This document shows positions 1 through 12,305 of a stretch of 64,000 bases of DNA, piece by piece. Within the stretch, counting starts at the first letter, position 1. Every line of letters starts with the position of its first letter. This DNA comes from Carpediemonas membranifera BICM. Its lineage: Eukaryota; Protista; Fornicata. The DNA lies in the NCBI GenBank assembly GCA_019828565.1, contig JAHDYR010000004.1, positions 372,001 through 436,000 on the forward strand, written 5' to 3'. The position numbers were made by a program, and so were the translations under genes. Below the pieces are notes generated by a model that had not been told where the DNA came from, did no database searches, and was given only the letters and a program-made list of their open reading frames with translations.

Positions 1-1
1 A

Positions 2-1004
2 CCCCTCCGAAAGGAGCTGATACAGATCGCCCACAGAGGACACCACGGCGCCAAGGCTACCATCGAACGCCTGAGAGCAGACGGCTATACCTGGACAGGC
101 TGCACAGCAGATGTCGAGGAGTTCATCGCCTCATGTGACGAGTGCCAGAAAGCTCGCCTACGCAACTTCGCCGAGGCAGAGCTCCGCACAACAGCAGTGT
201 ACAAACCGTTCCACACTGTCGCAGTGGATACTATTGGTCCAATCCCGGCAGACGCAGTCGGCTCCAGATACATCACAGTTATGGTCGATATGTTTACTCG
301 CTACACTGAGTTGGCCGCGACGGACGAGAACACAGCTGATGCAGCGTCAGAGGCCCTCTGGCGCCAGGTGATTACCCGTCATGGGACTCCCCTGTTCATC
401 AAGTCCGACAACGGGCCTGAGTTCACCGGCAACGTCGTCAAGGCCCTGCTCGAAAGCGCGGACATCACCCAGCAATTCACCCTCCCCTACCACCCTCAGT
501 CGAATGGGCTGGTAGAGCGTCGTAACGCGGAGGTCATGAAGCATCTTCGCTGTTTGATCCTCCAATTCGACAAGTTCTCCCGTTGGAGCGACCTCCTTCC
601 GGTAGTTCAGCTGCTGCTGAACACAACCACCTGCAGCGCCACTGGGGTCACACCCCACGCCATGCTGTATGGAGACCAACTCGACCCCAGCTCCACAGTC
701 GCTAGAATCCTCCGACCGAGCGACAATGACTCGCCCCTTGCCTCAGCCTCAGCCTACATCACTTTACTTCGAGCCCACCTCTCCAAGTTGACCTCTAGGG
801 CGGCCGAGAAGCAGCGCGAGACTGTAGACAAGCGCCTCGCCAAGGCCAACGCCGACCGCCAGCCGACTAGCTTCAAGGAAGGCGACCTCGTCCTGCTCAA
901 CCGGACGAAGACCCCAAAGCTGCATGGCTTCGCCGGCCCGTTCAAGATTCTCGCCATCAAGGACAACAACACCCTTCAGCTGGTCGACCTTTTCGAGAGC
1001 GCCC
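2..1004 (+). mobile_element. Ty3/Gypsy LTR retrotransposon integrase, 5' part (HHCC zinc finger, rve core, GPF region); interrupted by a LINE insertion
   Basis: Frame from nt 2 reads AHRGHHG...CDEC, VAVDTIGP, SDNGPEF, PYHPQSNGLVERRN and FAGPFKI. The reading frame resumes at 12322 after the duplicated target site. Confidence 0.95.
989..1004 (+). repeat. Left target-site duplication CTTTTCGAGAGCGCCC (16 bp)
   Basis: Identical 16-mer at 12306-12321. Removing 1005-12321 restores the integrase sequence VDLFESAPFMAHVDQ. Confidence 0.95.
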
Positions 1005-1805
1005 AGTTAAAATGTCCGGTATGGAAAGTTGGAATCACCAACCGGAACAAAGCCAAGCGCCGAGGAATGATAGCCATTGGCGATTCTTTCGAGGTTTATA
1101 GAGCTCAAAACAGAGCGGCGGTGACCTATAGCGCGGAATGCCACATTTTGGTCAATTCAGCATCGGGAGTTCTCCTGCTCGGGGAATACCAGCAGGAACA
1201 GCATAACTCTTTACCACTTCTACCCATAGGGCGCACGAGGCCTCTCTCTAGCCTCCTCGATGAGATCGCCTGAGACCAAGTCAAACGGAAGCGAAACGGG
1301 CCGGTGGCAGAAAACTGGAAGATGCGAGCGCCGGAGGCACGAGCCGTCGCCCTGAAACCACCCTGCCTGCCTTGTATAACCCGCTAGCGGACGGGCGCTG
1401 TGCTTGGGTTGGTTCTCTGTGCTCCCTAAAGTGCACCCTCTGGGGCAACGAAACCCGTATGGGCATGGAGCCCCCGGTGAGCGGTCTGATGGGATATTAC
1501 CATCCAAAAGACCAAGGGAAGCTTACCGCCCGGACGTTCCTCAACCCACAGGGCAAAGAACGTCCAGAGGAGCCCCCAGCAACATGCCAAGGGCCCTCAC
1601 CACTGCAACCAAGCCGAAACCAAGGTATGAACTCATGAATTTAGTAGGAATGACGCGCAACTGGAGGGAAACCCAAATGGCGCCCTGTGGCCGCGCTCCC
1701 CGCTGGGAGAAGGGGAGAATGCCGGGGCCCAGCAACCCGAGTGGTAGGCAGATACCGCAAGGAACAGCAGCAACATGGTCTCAACCCCCATTCAACCCTG
1801 GGTGT

Positions 1806-2584
1806 TTACTGAGGAGTCCCGGCGCCCAGGAACTCCACTGAGGGGCTTCCGTCGGCAAGGAAATGGGAAACCGAAGGGACATACTGCCTAAGGGCCCGCT
1901 CAAGAGCGCCCCTGCTGCTGCGATACATAACCATCTGGGACTGAGAAGTGCGCTGGAATGCCAAAATGGCCTGTAGGTTCTCGACAGGCTGATCCTCGTC
2001 GGTCCCCTCATGGAGCATGTCCACGAAGGCATAGGCACACGAGTGCCAGTCCATGGCGATGCGATCCAAAGTGCTGAGAGCGTCGAGGGCTGACGCAAGT
2101 GGAGCCACAGGCTGACGAACGGTGCGAGCCCCAGCTGGGGAGGAAGCCAATGGCGTGACAAACGGGGCAGCGCCCTCGCCGTTGTGAGGACCGGGGGAAG
2201 CAGGGGACCGGGCCAGCTGGAGGCGGCGGGGGACGGCTTTCCCCTGGAAGGAGCGGAAGAGTCGGCGTTGAGGACTCCTGAGGCCCCATCCCACCAGGTT
2301 GGGAGCAGAGGCGCGGGCGCTGCGGGAGGAAGGCAATGCCAATGACCCGGGGGCAGCTCCTCCACAGAGGACGATGTGGTGGAAGAATCCGACCCCCAGC
2401 CCTCTCTAGGGGTCTGGGGCTCCGCCGCGGCAATGCCTGGGCCTTGGAGGTGATCGGCATGAGGGCCAAGAGGGGAATCAGGTACCTTAGAAGGCTGAAC
2501 CTTAGCTGCGGCAATGCCTGGGCCTTGGTGGTAGTCGCCAGGCGGGCTAATGGGTGTAACAGGAACCAAATGTGGTGAACTCAT
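1806..2584 (-). CDS. Antisense ORF inside the LINE 5' region (Pro/Ser-rich N-terminus, helical C-terminus), probably with one frameshift; function unknown
   Basis: ATG at 2584 in the 1781..2677 frame with an in-frame peptide repeat (DYHQGPGIAAA / DHLQGPGIAAA). The 1806..2342 frame ends in protein-like sequence (LASALDALSTLDRIAMDW...VENLQAILAFQ). Confidence 0.45.
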
Positions 2585-2712
2585 ATTATGGCTACAAGGT
2601 TCGCAACCGACCCCGCATCTCAGGCAATAGGCCACACCTCCCCGCCCCTGCTCGGAAAGGCCAACGTGCAACGCCACAAGGCTATGGTGTGATCAGGTGA
2701 TGGAGCACTAAA

Positions 2713-5700
2713 ATGCACACTCCTCATCCGAGCCACCGGCCGGCAATGGACGCGTTTCCCAGGAACCCACAGGGCGGGTACGTTGCCCGAGCAGAAGATC
2801 TCCTCCCCGAGCATCCCATAGGGCCTCCTCTACGCAAGGAGCGCACGAGAACCGAGAAAATCGCCGACTTGATCCGGATGTACGGCGACCTAAAAGGGTA
2901 TAGCAAGATAAAGGATCCCTTCCCCCCAGGAGTGGATCACCAGCTACAGTGGTGGCAGAATCCCAGCCGAGAAAGGGAAATAACGGCTACCCAAATGCTA
3001 GAAAATGACATCCTGCTATACCACTACGCCCTGATAACCGGAAGGCCATGGTGGGTAAGCCAGGCGGCCTGGAAAATCCACCGCGAGGACCAACAGCGCC
3101 GGCCACTGCCCCGATGCGGGCCGGCCTTCGTGATGTTCACCTCCAAGGCCGATTACTCCCTGACCCCGGGTTTCCCAGCCTACGAGCGCCGGCAACGGCG
3201 CCTACAGGCGAGGCGGGCAGGGAGGGCTCTTCCCCGGGGGATTCATGCCGACTTTCCCCCTCCGACTTTTCGAGACCAATTTCGGCCACAAACACAAAGT
3301 TCCCCCAACAAGCCATGGGCCGGGGGAATGATGTAGACGAAGCTGGAACAGAGCTCACCAAGCTTGGAAAACGCTTAGCTACGACCGAAGAGTGGCAAAA
3401 AGTCCGAAGAGCAGCCGATTCCATCCTCGCCAAGTGCAACAACACCACAGTGATCTTCTCGAGGGATAACGCCGCCAACTTCAAGGTATCAAGCCCGCCA
3501 CCGGCTAGATCCTTGCTGTTCGAGCTAGTTGCCAGCACTCTCAAGGCCGCAGGTCACCAAAGCCTCACAGGGCCTGGGATCAGGACAAGGTTCGGCCAGC
3601 AGAGCGCCGCCTGGCTCCTCAAGGCAGGCGGCCAAGCCACAGCCGGCTCAGCGAAAGCGCCAGGTGCGGACAGAGCCCACAACAACGTCAACAACAAGTG
3701 GGCGGCCCTAGGTCGGGCCTGGGAGGATGCCCCCGTCCCCCTTAGCCCCAGACCCCCAGCAGGAGGCTTCCCCCCCCTTGACGGACAGGCCGTCAAGCCC
3801 TGGGAAGGTGGCATGTTCTCCGCGATAGCTGTCTACAGCAGGACCGATGGGGTGACCAGACCTGTGTTGGTTAGCAGGACACCCACGGATTCAGCCCTCA
3901 ACATTGCCGGCGACGAGCTAGCGCGCAGTGAGGCCGAAGACTTAGTGCTTCGCTGGACGGTTCCGGGCTTCAAAGAGCTGTGGGCCGCATGGGATACTAC
4001 TACCCGGCCAATGCCGGCCCCTGAGTTCATCCACCCGGACCTCTGCGACGCTTCCACCCTCGTTAGCAGGATCGCAAACATCTGGATGGCGGACCAGGGT
4101 ACCAAGCTGCTCGCCACCGAATCCACAGGGGACGGCCCGCCCAAGGGCAACGAGCAAACCGACAACCCACCCCACGAGGGCAACCCGGTCACCCCCCACC
4201 GAATAATGGCAGAGCAAGTGCAGGTGATAGCCCGCCCAACGGCGGCCCAAGGACGGACCCACCCACCAGGGGCAACCTGGGCGTTGCCCCGCACAACGGC
4301 GGCGACCCGACCACTGGCCAACCCAACATGGGCGATCCAGTCGCCCCCTCGTTCATTGGGGGCGAAGCAGGTTGGAACCCAACTAGCGGGGGGAACCCCG
4401 CCACCATGCCCAGCGGCGAAAGTGCGGGCTCGGAGACCGGGGGTACCCAAGATGGCCCCCGGCCCAACGCCGACGACTCGGCCAGAAGAGTCCCTGGCAG
4501 TGATAGTGACGTCAACCCGCCAAGGGGTAGAGAACTGTCAGCCAACAGCAGACTCCCCCCGTCCTGCCCGCTCACCAACCCGCAGGGCAAGAGGATGCTG
4601 ATCGGGTGCATTGACTTCGAAGCGTCCAAACCCGCATCCAAGGCGGGGGATGAGGCCGTCATATGCGAAGGGGCGGTCATAGTCTTTGACCCCGCCAACG
4701 GGAATATCGTCGCCAGTCTGCACGGGATGTTAGGCGAAGATATTCGGGTGGCCGACCTCGACCAGGCTCTGATGAGCTCAAGAATTCTCCACGGTTGCCC
4801 CCCAGCCACCTTCGTCGACATCACCACTGGGCAGGCCCCCCAGGGATTCGAAAGCACATTCCCAAACAGCACCACATGGTGCGCGGAAATGATCGATGCC
4901 CTCCGGCGTCTCGAAGGACACCATAACGCGTTCATCCACCTGACTGCCAAAGGGGTGGAAGCTGAACGAAGTGTCCTCACGAGCGCCAAATACGTACCGG
5001 ATTCCACGGCCAGGGCATGGGTAGCCACCCACCTAATCGATGAAGCCGGCCTAGATGCGGTGTACCCCCGTCTCAATAGCACCCTCACCCTCTTCTACCC
5101 CCCCTCCCAGGAGGACCGCCCGGTCCGAGAGACCCTCCCACAGGAGGACCAGAAGGCAGCCGAGCAGGCCAAGGTCTGGACCCGCGACCAGCAAAGGAGA
5201 AGGGAACCCAAGGGGCTGTGCCCCTATCACAGAAACGCACCAGCCTACTGTCACTGTGCGCTTGCGGATGTATCGCTCTTCTACACAAGACTCTCCCTGG
5301 CCATCCACATGCTGTATAACCCGTGGACCTGGGCTGATGTGGGAGCGGAACTAATCGCACGAGGAGGGGAAAGTGACGGGGGCACAAAGCCCCATCATTA
5401 GAGTAGGACACGGGGTCCCAGACCTGGCTGTAGAGATCAACCGCCATAGAGGGCGAGAGGTCATCACACCCCTGGGGCAACTACAGCACGTGATCTTTAC
5501 CACCAAGCCGCGTCCGAAGGAAATCCACATGGCCAACACGACCGCGCAAGAGTTCAGCACAGGAAAAGGAATCCTAAGGGTCCTTGAAAGGAGGGGCGTA
5601 GCCGTTCTCAGCCCGGACTCCTGCCCAAGCACGAGACCCCTGGTCGTGGAGCTCCTATCCGAGTGGAACGGTAGGCGCCGCGTAGCAAGGGAGAAGGGCT

Positions 5701-7049
5701 ACTGGCCAGACTTCTATGGCAACCGTACCACCCTGGACCCCAGGGTCATGGAGCAACTCCCGGTCAAACTCCACCCCGAGCTCCTGACCCTATCCCAGGC
5801 AGCCTCGCTGGTCCCGCTCCATAAGCATGACATGATGCATGGGGGCTCAGCCCAGCAGCTGAGACACCGGCTCACCCACTGCCTGGTGAACATCGGCGAT
5901 AGAGCACCAGCGGGCGTCCCGAAACTCATCGTAAGCGCGGAACTCCGGCGCCAAGATAGAGGGCCCAGGCATTATGTCAACTTCTTCCCCTCGGTTCTTC
6001 CCCTAGACTGGGGCATCCGCACAGTAGAACAAGGAGGGGAGCCTGGAAGACGCCGCCCGAGCGCCTTGGGCGAACCCCAATACGACGGCACCCTGGCCCT
6101 GGGATGCAGTCCCATGATGAGACTACCCCCATCCGCCTGTGGGACTTCCCGTACACCCAGAACAACGACGGGCACAGGTCGCAGCGAGAGCAAAAGAGGC
6201 TGTGACCGCGGCAAGGGCCGCGCTTAGAGCCTGCCTCGAAGAGCACCGGGAGAGGCTCACCAACGAGATTCACCAAGGCATGGAGTGGCCGGCCCTAGGG
6301 CTGCTTGAGGGCCCGCTCACCGAGAACCGACAGGTCCCCACCCCGAACCCATCTCAAAGGAAGGTGAACGCCACCCCCTCCCCCAGCAGGCTCCAAGGGG
6401 AAACAAACCCCACCCCCAACCCGCGCCAGGTAACCCCCGCCCACCCCACCCCAAGGGCAATCATCACCCCTAATGCGCACCAGGTAAGCCCTGCTTACCC
6501 CACTCCCAGAGGAATGAACCCCCCACCCGGCCCCGGGACAGGCGATCCTCACGCCTCACAAAGAGGCCAACCCCCGGCGATGCCTCTGAGCCAGGCTTTC
6601 GAGCACCGGCCCCCGCCGGGCGGCCCCGAAGGGAAGAGGCCCCCAAACCCAAGACTGGGCACGGTCGATCAGATGGGTGCCTACATCCAAGCCCTCTTCC
6701 AAGCGGAGGTGGAGCGAAGAGCTGAAGAAGAGCGGCAGCGGATCATGAGCCATTACGAAGAGGAAGTCTCCCGGCTGAACAACGAGGTTGCCCACCTCCA
6801 AGGCCAGCTGGCCAAGGAAAGGGAAGCCCTAGCAAGAGGAGCGAGCGAGCGCCAGCGCCTCCAGCGCATCGCCGAGAAATCGGAGGCCTTCAAAGAGCCA
6901 GCCTCAGGCTCCGTGAAACAAACAGAGTCCTCGAGGCCAGGCTTGAGGAGGCGCTTGCCGCCGCCAACGGAAGCGACGAGGAAGAAGAGCTCCTACGCAT
7001 CGGAATGGAGCACGAGAGCGACGAACCAGATCAAGAGATGCATGAGTAA
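2713..7049 (+). CDS. LINE ORF1 region: overlapping frames (2713-3336, 3048-4601, 4328-5401, 5373-6227, 6139-7049), probably one ~1400-aa frameshifted protein or several ORFs, ending in a Pro-rich repeat and a coiled coil
   Basis: Successive + frames overlap with no gaps. The C-terminal coiled coil (EVERRAEEERQRIMSHYEEEVSRLNNEVAHLQGQL) continues in another frame as LRETNRVLEARLEEALAAANGSDEEE...MHE*. Confidence 0.6.
4595..5290 (+). CDS. DEDDh-type 3'-5' exonuclease-like domain with ECHC zinc motif (Maelstrom / arenavirus NP C-terminal domain-like) within the LINE ORF1 region
   Basis: Motifs in order: CIDFEA...ICEGAVIVFDP...SRILHG...TAKGVEAERSVL...CPYH-x7-HCALAD. Recognised by eye; no HMM was run. 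Confidence 0.7.
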
Positions 7050-7775
7050 CGAGCCATACCAAAGCAGTGGAGGGAAGAGTGCAGAGTCTAAAGGGATGTG
7101 TATATATAGCACGTTAGTGTAGGACTAGGTGAAGTGAAGGCGCCGGAATAGGTGCAGCGTTGGAGCCCGCCAGAAGGGCTGTACTGGCGCCAATGCCCGG
7201 GTGACTTTTCTTTTCTTAAAACCCCTGTTCCCCGCAGGGACCGGGGGCGGGTAAGAGGCAGTTGGAACGCCATCGAGGACCCGCCTGTCCGGCAGGCTGG
7301 AACTCCAGCCTTGGGAGGGGCGCCGAAAGGAGTCGCTCCCACCTATGCGTAGTTAGGTAACGATGCTGCCAATGTGCGAGGCCAGAAGCGCTATAGAGAC
7401 TGGCACGAAAGTCCCGACAAGCACCGCGAGGGCGCGGCCAGTGAAAGGGGTGGTACACCCTAGGTCAGCTCCAAGAGGGAACCTGGGCCACGTCTGGGGA
7501 CTCTGGAGGAAGCAGCCGTTCTGGCCAAGCACCCCATGTGAATGGCGCATGCTTCTGGGTCCTGGAGAAATATCAAGGGCAAAGAAGACGCCTACCCGGG
7601 CCGCCCACCAACAACCCACAGGGCGGGAAGCGGCCCACCCAACGTGCTAAACAACGACGACATAGGCGCTCACCCATTGGGAAGGCAACTATGCAGATGC
7701 TAAACCCCAACAACAAGATGAAAGTGTGCAGGTAGTGCAGAATAAGGAGTGCAGGTTAAGGCAGTAACAACCTGA

Positions 7776-10700
7776 ATGCGAATAGTCTCCCTTAACAGCC
7801 AAGGACACTTAACGGGCAATGAAGACTACAGCGGATCTATAGCGGTAGCGCTTCGCAAGCACACGAGCCCGGACGCCCTCCTCTTGCAGGAAACATTCAG
7901 GTACGGTAACTCCGTAGTCCCCTGTTGGGCGGACCTACAATACGCATGTGCAGGGCACGCCAAACCCATCAAGGCTCGAAAGGGCAAGATTAACCTAGGC
8001 GTAGCCACGGTGATCAGCCCACATTCACAGGCAACCTGGGATGTAGGAGTATCTGACGGCACGAACCCCCGAGTTCAAGTTAGCATCCTCGAAACCTCAA
8101 GGGCTATCGCAGTCATCAACATATACGCCCCTCCAAGTGACCGCAGCGCAGCGGAGCTAGACCGCTTCGACCAACAGCTGGAAAACATCGTCAGAGAGTA
8201 CCACGGCTTCGAGATAATCATCATGGGGGACTGGAACCGTGACCCGCGGAGCCTGCGCCATGCCACCAGCGCCACACTACAGCGAAACAATCTAGACCTA
8301 GTTTTCCCTCGTCTCACACATACATGAGTGGGAATACCACCTCGACGCTGGATTATGCAGCTGTATCTGGGGGGGATCACGAGGGCCAAAGCTAGAGTCA
8401 TTGACAAAGCTGAGATGGGGCATTGGGGCTCCCCCCATAGGGCAGTGGAGCTAACCTGGGACGAACCGCATTGGAAGAAACAACCGGCCAAACCCAAGCT
8501 GGAAATCCCAGGAACAACCACCTGGAATGTCCTCCCAGAGCGCAACGGGGAAAGGGCAAGGGAATGGCCGCAACCCGATGTGGAGCTCCATGTAGATACA
8601 ATCGAGTACCAAATACGGGAACTCTTATCGGTGGGATTTCAAACTTCCGCTAGGAACGTCAGACCAGGGAGATCGCAAAAAGGATCCCGGAGAACGTATG
8701 GAAGCAACTCATCCTAGCCCGATGGAACAAAGCGGGGGCCGCGGAAATCAAGCGGACCCTGAACAACGAGCTCCAGAAGTCATGGAAAAGCTTCAAGGAG
8801 GAGTGGACGCAGCAGGTGGAAAACAGCGCAAGGGCAGGGTATAAGACCACCAAGAAGGTCATAGCAAACCAGGTCCACAGGTTCTGGAACGAGAAACAAC
8901 ACGCAGGGCTACCGGCGATGCTCAGAGGAAAGAGGTCGATCTTAACAAGGGAAAACGAGATAGCTAGGGAGCTGCAGAGGCAATACGCCCAAGTCAGTAG
9001 TGGCATAGCACCTAGTTGGGACCAGATCCCGGCGGCCCAAACAACTGATCAACCCCCCACGGAGGAGGAGGTCACGGCCGCCATCAAGTCCCTGAAGAAA
9101 TCATCGGCAGGAGGCCCGGATGGTATCACGGGCGAATGTCTGAGAGACCTCCCCCAGGCGGCCTACAGGGCAATCACATGCCTCTTCCAGAAAGTATACG
9201 AGTCTGGGGAACTACCCACCACGTGGAAGTACGCCTCCATCTCCCCGATACACAAAGTAGGGAAAGATAAGCTACTGCCAGGATCCTACCGACCCATCTC
9301 ACTCACCCCCCTCCTCTACCGAGCATATGGGAAGGTACTCAAATGGAGGCTCAAACCAACAGTTGAGAGGCACACCCCCAGAGAGCAGATCGGCTTCATG
9401 AAGGGAAAGACAGTCATAGACCACATCGCCCTCCTAACCCAACTGCACCAAGAAGGAGACCGGACCAGCGTGCTGCTCGACATTGCAAAGGCGTACGACA
9501 CGGTTCCCAGGGACATCCTAGTCAGCAAGCTGATCAATATGGGTGTACACCCCCACCTAGTCAGAGCAGTACAAAGCACAATGGAGAGGACCTACATTGC
9601 GGTAAGGGGATCCGACCTATGGTCCGAAACGAACCTAGGAGTCAAGCAAGGTTGCGTGGTCGCCCCCACCCTATTCATACTATTTACGGCCAACTGGATT
9701 AGCCAGGCGTCACTCAGAATACAGTACGGCGAGATACCAGACCCGAAGCTTCCCCCCACCCACCACAGACCCGGGAATGGCATCATAGCAATGTTCGTAG
9801 ACGATACGAGCATCTCGGCAAAGAAAGAAAATGATGCGGAGTCCCTCACCGCCGCAATGGTGGAAGTGATAGTGGCACACAAGCTGTGTATCAGCCCAGG
9901 AAAGAACATCGTCATAAGTACCAATCCAAATGCGGAAGTGCGAATTCAAGGGGAGGCCACCCGAGCAGCGGAGTCAGGCCGATACTTGGGACTCTGGATA
10001 GCAAGTGGCCCTCATCCGCTCAGCGCATGCATCGCAAAGAAAAGAGAACAGTCGAACAAGTACATCGCCCTCGCCCGGAGAGTGGGATGGACTAAAGGCT
10101 CCACGCCCGCGGCTGTCTCCGAGTCCATCCTCCGCACCTTCCTATGGCCAAAGATCGAATTCGGAATCGAAATCTGGGGCCAAGTCCCAGGAGGCAGAAG
10201 GCTTTGGAACGACTGGCGAGGACTCATGGCGGGAACCGGACCCGGTGGAGGGGGTGTCGCCCGCCTGATGATGGGATGGATGTGCTGGGAAGCGGACATG
10301 GGTGTAAGAGCGGTTAGAATCCGCGAATCGGCCCGGGACCCTGACCGCCCATCGCCCCTAGCGGACTTCGACTGGGGAAGAGCGAACCCCAAGTCCGTTA
10401 TCGGAAAGCTGAACAAGTGGGCAGACAACGTACTAGATCTGGCCCCTAGCGACCTTCACGGACCCAGACCCAGAGCAATAGCCGGGGGATGGAAGATGAC
10501 AGCACGAGACATCGCCACCAAAGGTAGCCGAACAGCCAAGGCGGCCGCCGAAGTGCTAGCTGCGGAGGCAATGCAAACAATGGCAGGCGGGAGAGCACCC
10601 AAGAAACCAAAGATTATCAGAGGGGAGATGATGCTCAGGAGGGAGCTGAAGAGGGTAGTTGCAACAGCCTCCAACACGCTCCCCTCCGCTAGCAACAGCC

Positions 10701-11146
10701 ACACAACTCGAGGAGCCGCGCTCATCATAAGCAGGAGGTACCCTGGGCAGGAAATGCTCTGCGACCGTATCCAAAGAATATGCCCGATATGCACACTCGC
10801 AGCCGAACGCGAATTGATCAACTACCTCCAACTATACCCCCCCCAGGCGCAGGCGCTAGTGGCAGTAGCCGGGTGGCTGGAAGACCAACCGCTAGGAACA
10901 CAAAGCCACATCATAGCGGAGTGCCAGGGCGTCGGCCGCCCAAGTGGGTGGGAGCAGTGCTGGGAAGCTGCGGCAACACACACCATGGCAAGTAGGCTGC
11001 GGCACGGCCCAGATGGGGAGTGGTATAACTCCAGGGCCATATTGGAGCTCCACTGGCTACTGCAACAGGAGGATGAAACAGTGAAGGAGGGTCTATTATG
11101 CGGGAAAAAGGCCCTCATGAACCTCAGAACAGGCCCAGACCCCTAG
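7776..11146 (+). CDS. LINE ORF2: APE endonuclease, reverse transcriptase and C-terminal CCHC knuckle (frameshifts near 8315, 8370 and 8650)
   Basis: APE motifs: RIVSLN, LLLQET, INIYAP, IMGDWN, TLDY, GSPH. RT motifs: AGGPDGI, YRPISL, QIGF, LDIAKAYD, GVKQG, FVDD, RYLG. C-terminal CPIC...HIIAEC. Confidence 0.93.
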
Positions 11147-12305
11147 GAGGAAAGCCCTGGGTGAAGACAAGGCACAGGGCGGAACACTCCTGGAACCGGC
11201 GGGAGGTGTTTTCCCCCCACATGTTCCGGTAGCGCCCGGCCGCACACCCAACCCAACCCACGCAGCAAGGGGAGCACTCTGATGCCTGCATCACACTTGA
11301 AACAACTCCCCCACCACCAAGAGGGGACAGGCCCAACCCACAGGGCGGCCTGGAAAGGTGGCCCGAGCACCGACCCCAAGCGCAGCGGGCCCGGAACCAA
11401 TGAGGACAACACCACATGTTCCGGTAGCGCCAGGCGGAGGGAAGGCTGCAAAGGACCACTAAGGGACAATCGCATACAACAAGCACGAAATAGGGAAGGC
11501 CTGGCAAAACAGCTGGGCCAGTAGGGCGCAAGCGTCCGGACAAGCAGTCCGGCGCATCCCTCCGGCGCGCAAGGGGTACCCCCTCCCCACACAGTGGGGG
11601 CGCACCAGGAGGATGATGCATGGCAGACTGGCGGAGGTACTGGATGACGCAAGAAGCTACCCACTCCGTCGGTAACCTGCCGGGAAGGCAGGGCCATCCT
11701 GATGTGGCCCGGCGCCTAGCCAGGAACACTGGAAGACGTGGCAACCGCCCCTGGGAGCTCCCCCCCGATAATGGGAACCTGGAGTGAAATCGGACAGCGC
11801 TAGATGAGCCCGAACGCAGCCGGCAAGTCCGTGGAAGTCTACCTACGCGGCGTCGGTGGGTTCCTAACCCGGCCCAGCTGGTACGGCGAACTCTAGACCC
11901 GACCCCGCCCTGGCGGGTGCCTGAAACATGGCGAGCGGGTCGAGGAAACTCCAGGACCTCCCTAGGGGACCCGGGGGAGAGGGGAAACGTACGGAAGGTC
12001 CCTGACAGCAGCGTGCAGGGCAAGGCTTTGTAGGTGCCAGGCAGACCTGGGACCCAAAGGGCCCCTAAGAGTAAGACCTGGGTTAGCCTAACTTTGGGGG
12101 TATTAATGTGGCCATGTATAGGATCCCTCTAGCGTACCAGCTAGGCCTTGACGGCCGTTGTTCACGCCCTCTTAGGAAGTGTTAGGTGTGCTCTGTAGAG
12201 GTACCAACACGCTTAGGCGTTCCTCGAAGGGGTGACACAAACTGTGACATTCAGCTTACACAGCAGGACGAGTAGCAGGACACATTAAATTCTTTCTTCT
12301 TCTTT

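Larger units (their letters stand above)
1005..12305 (+). mobile_element. Apparently full-length 11.3-kb non-LTR retrotransposon (LINE) with APE endonuclease and RT, a very long ORF1 region and a TTC-rich 3' tail
   Basis: Bounded by an exact 16-bp TSD; APE and RT motifs at 7776-11146; ends in TAAATTCTTTCTTCTTCTTT. Confidence 0.92.

Noticed and set aside
1005-1273. C-terminal ~90 aa of ORF 197..1273
   Set aside because: Read-through from the integrase into the LINE 5' end; the real C-terminus is at 12322-12593.
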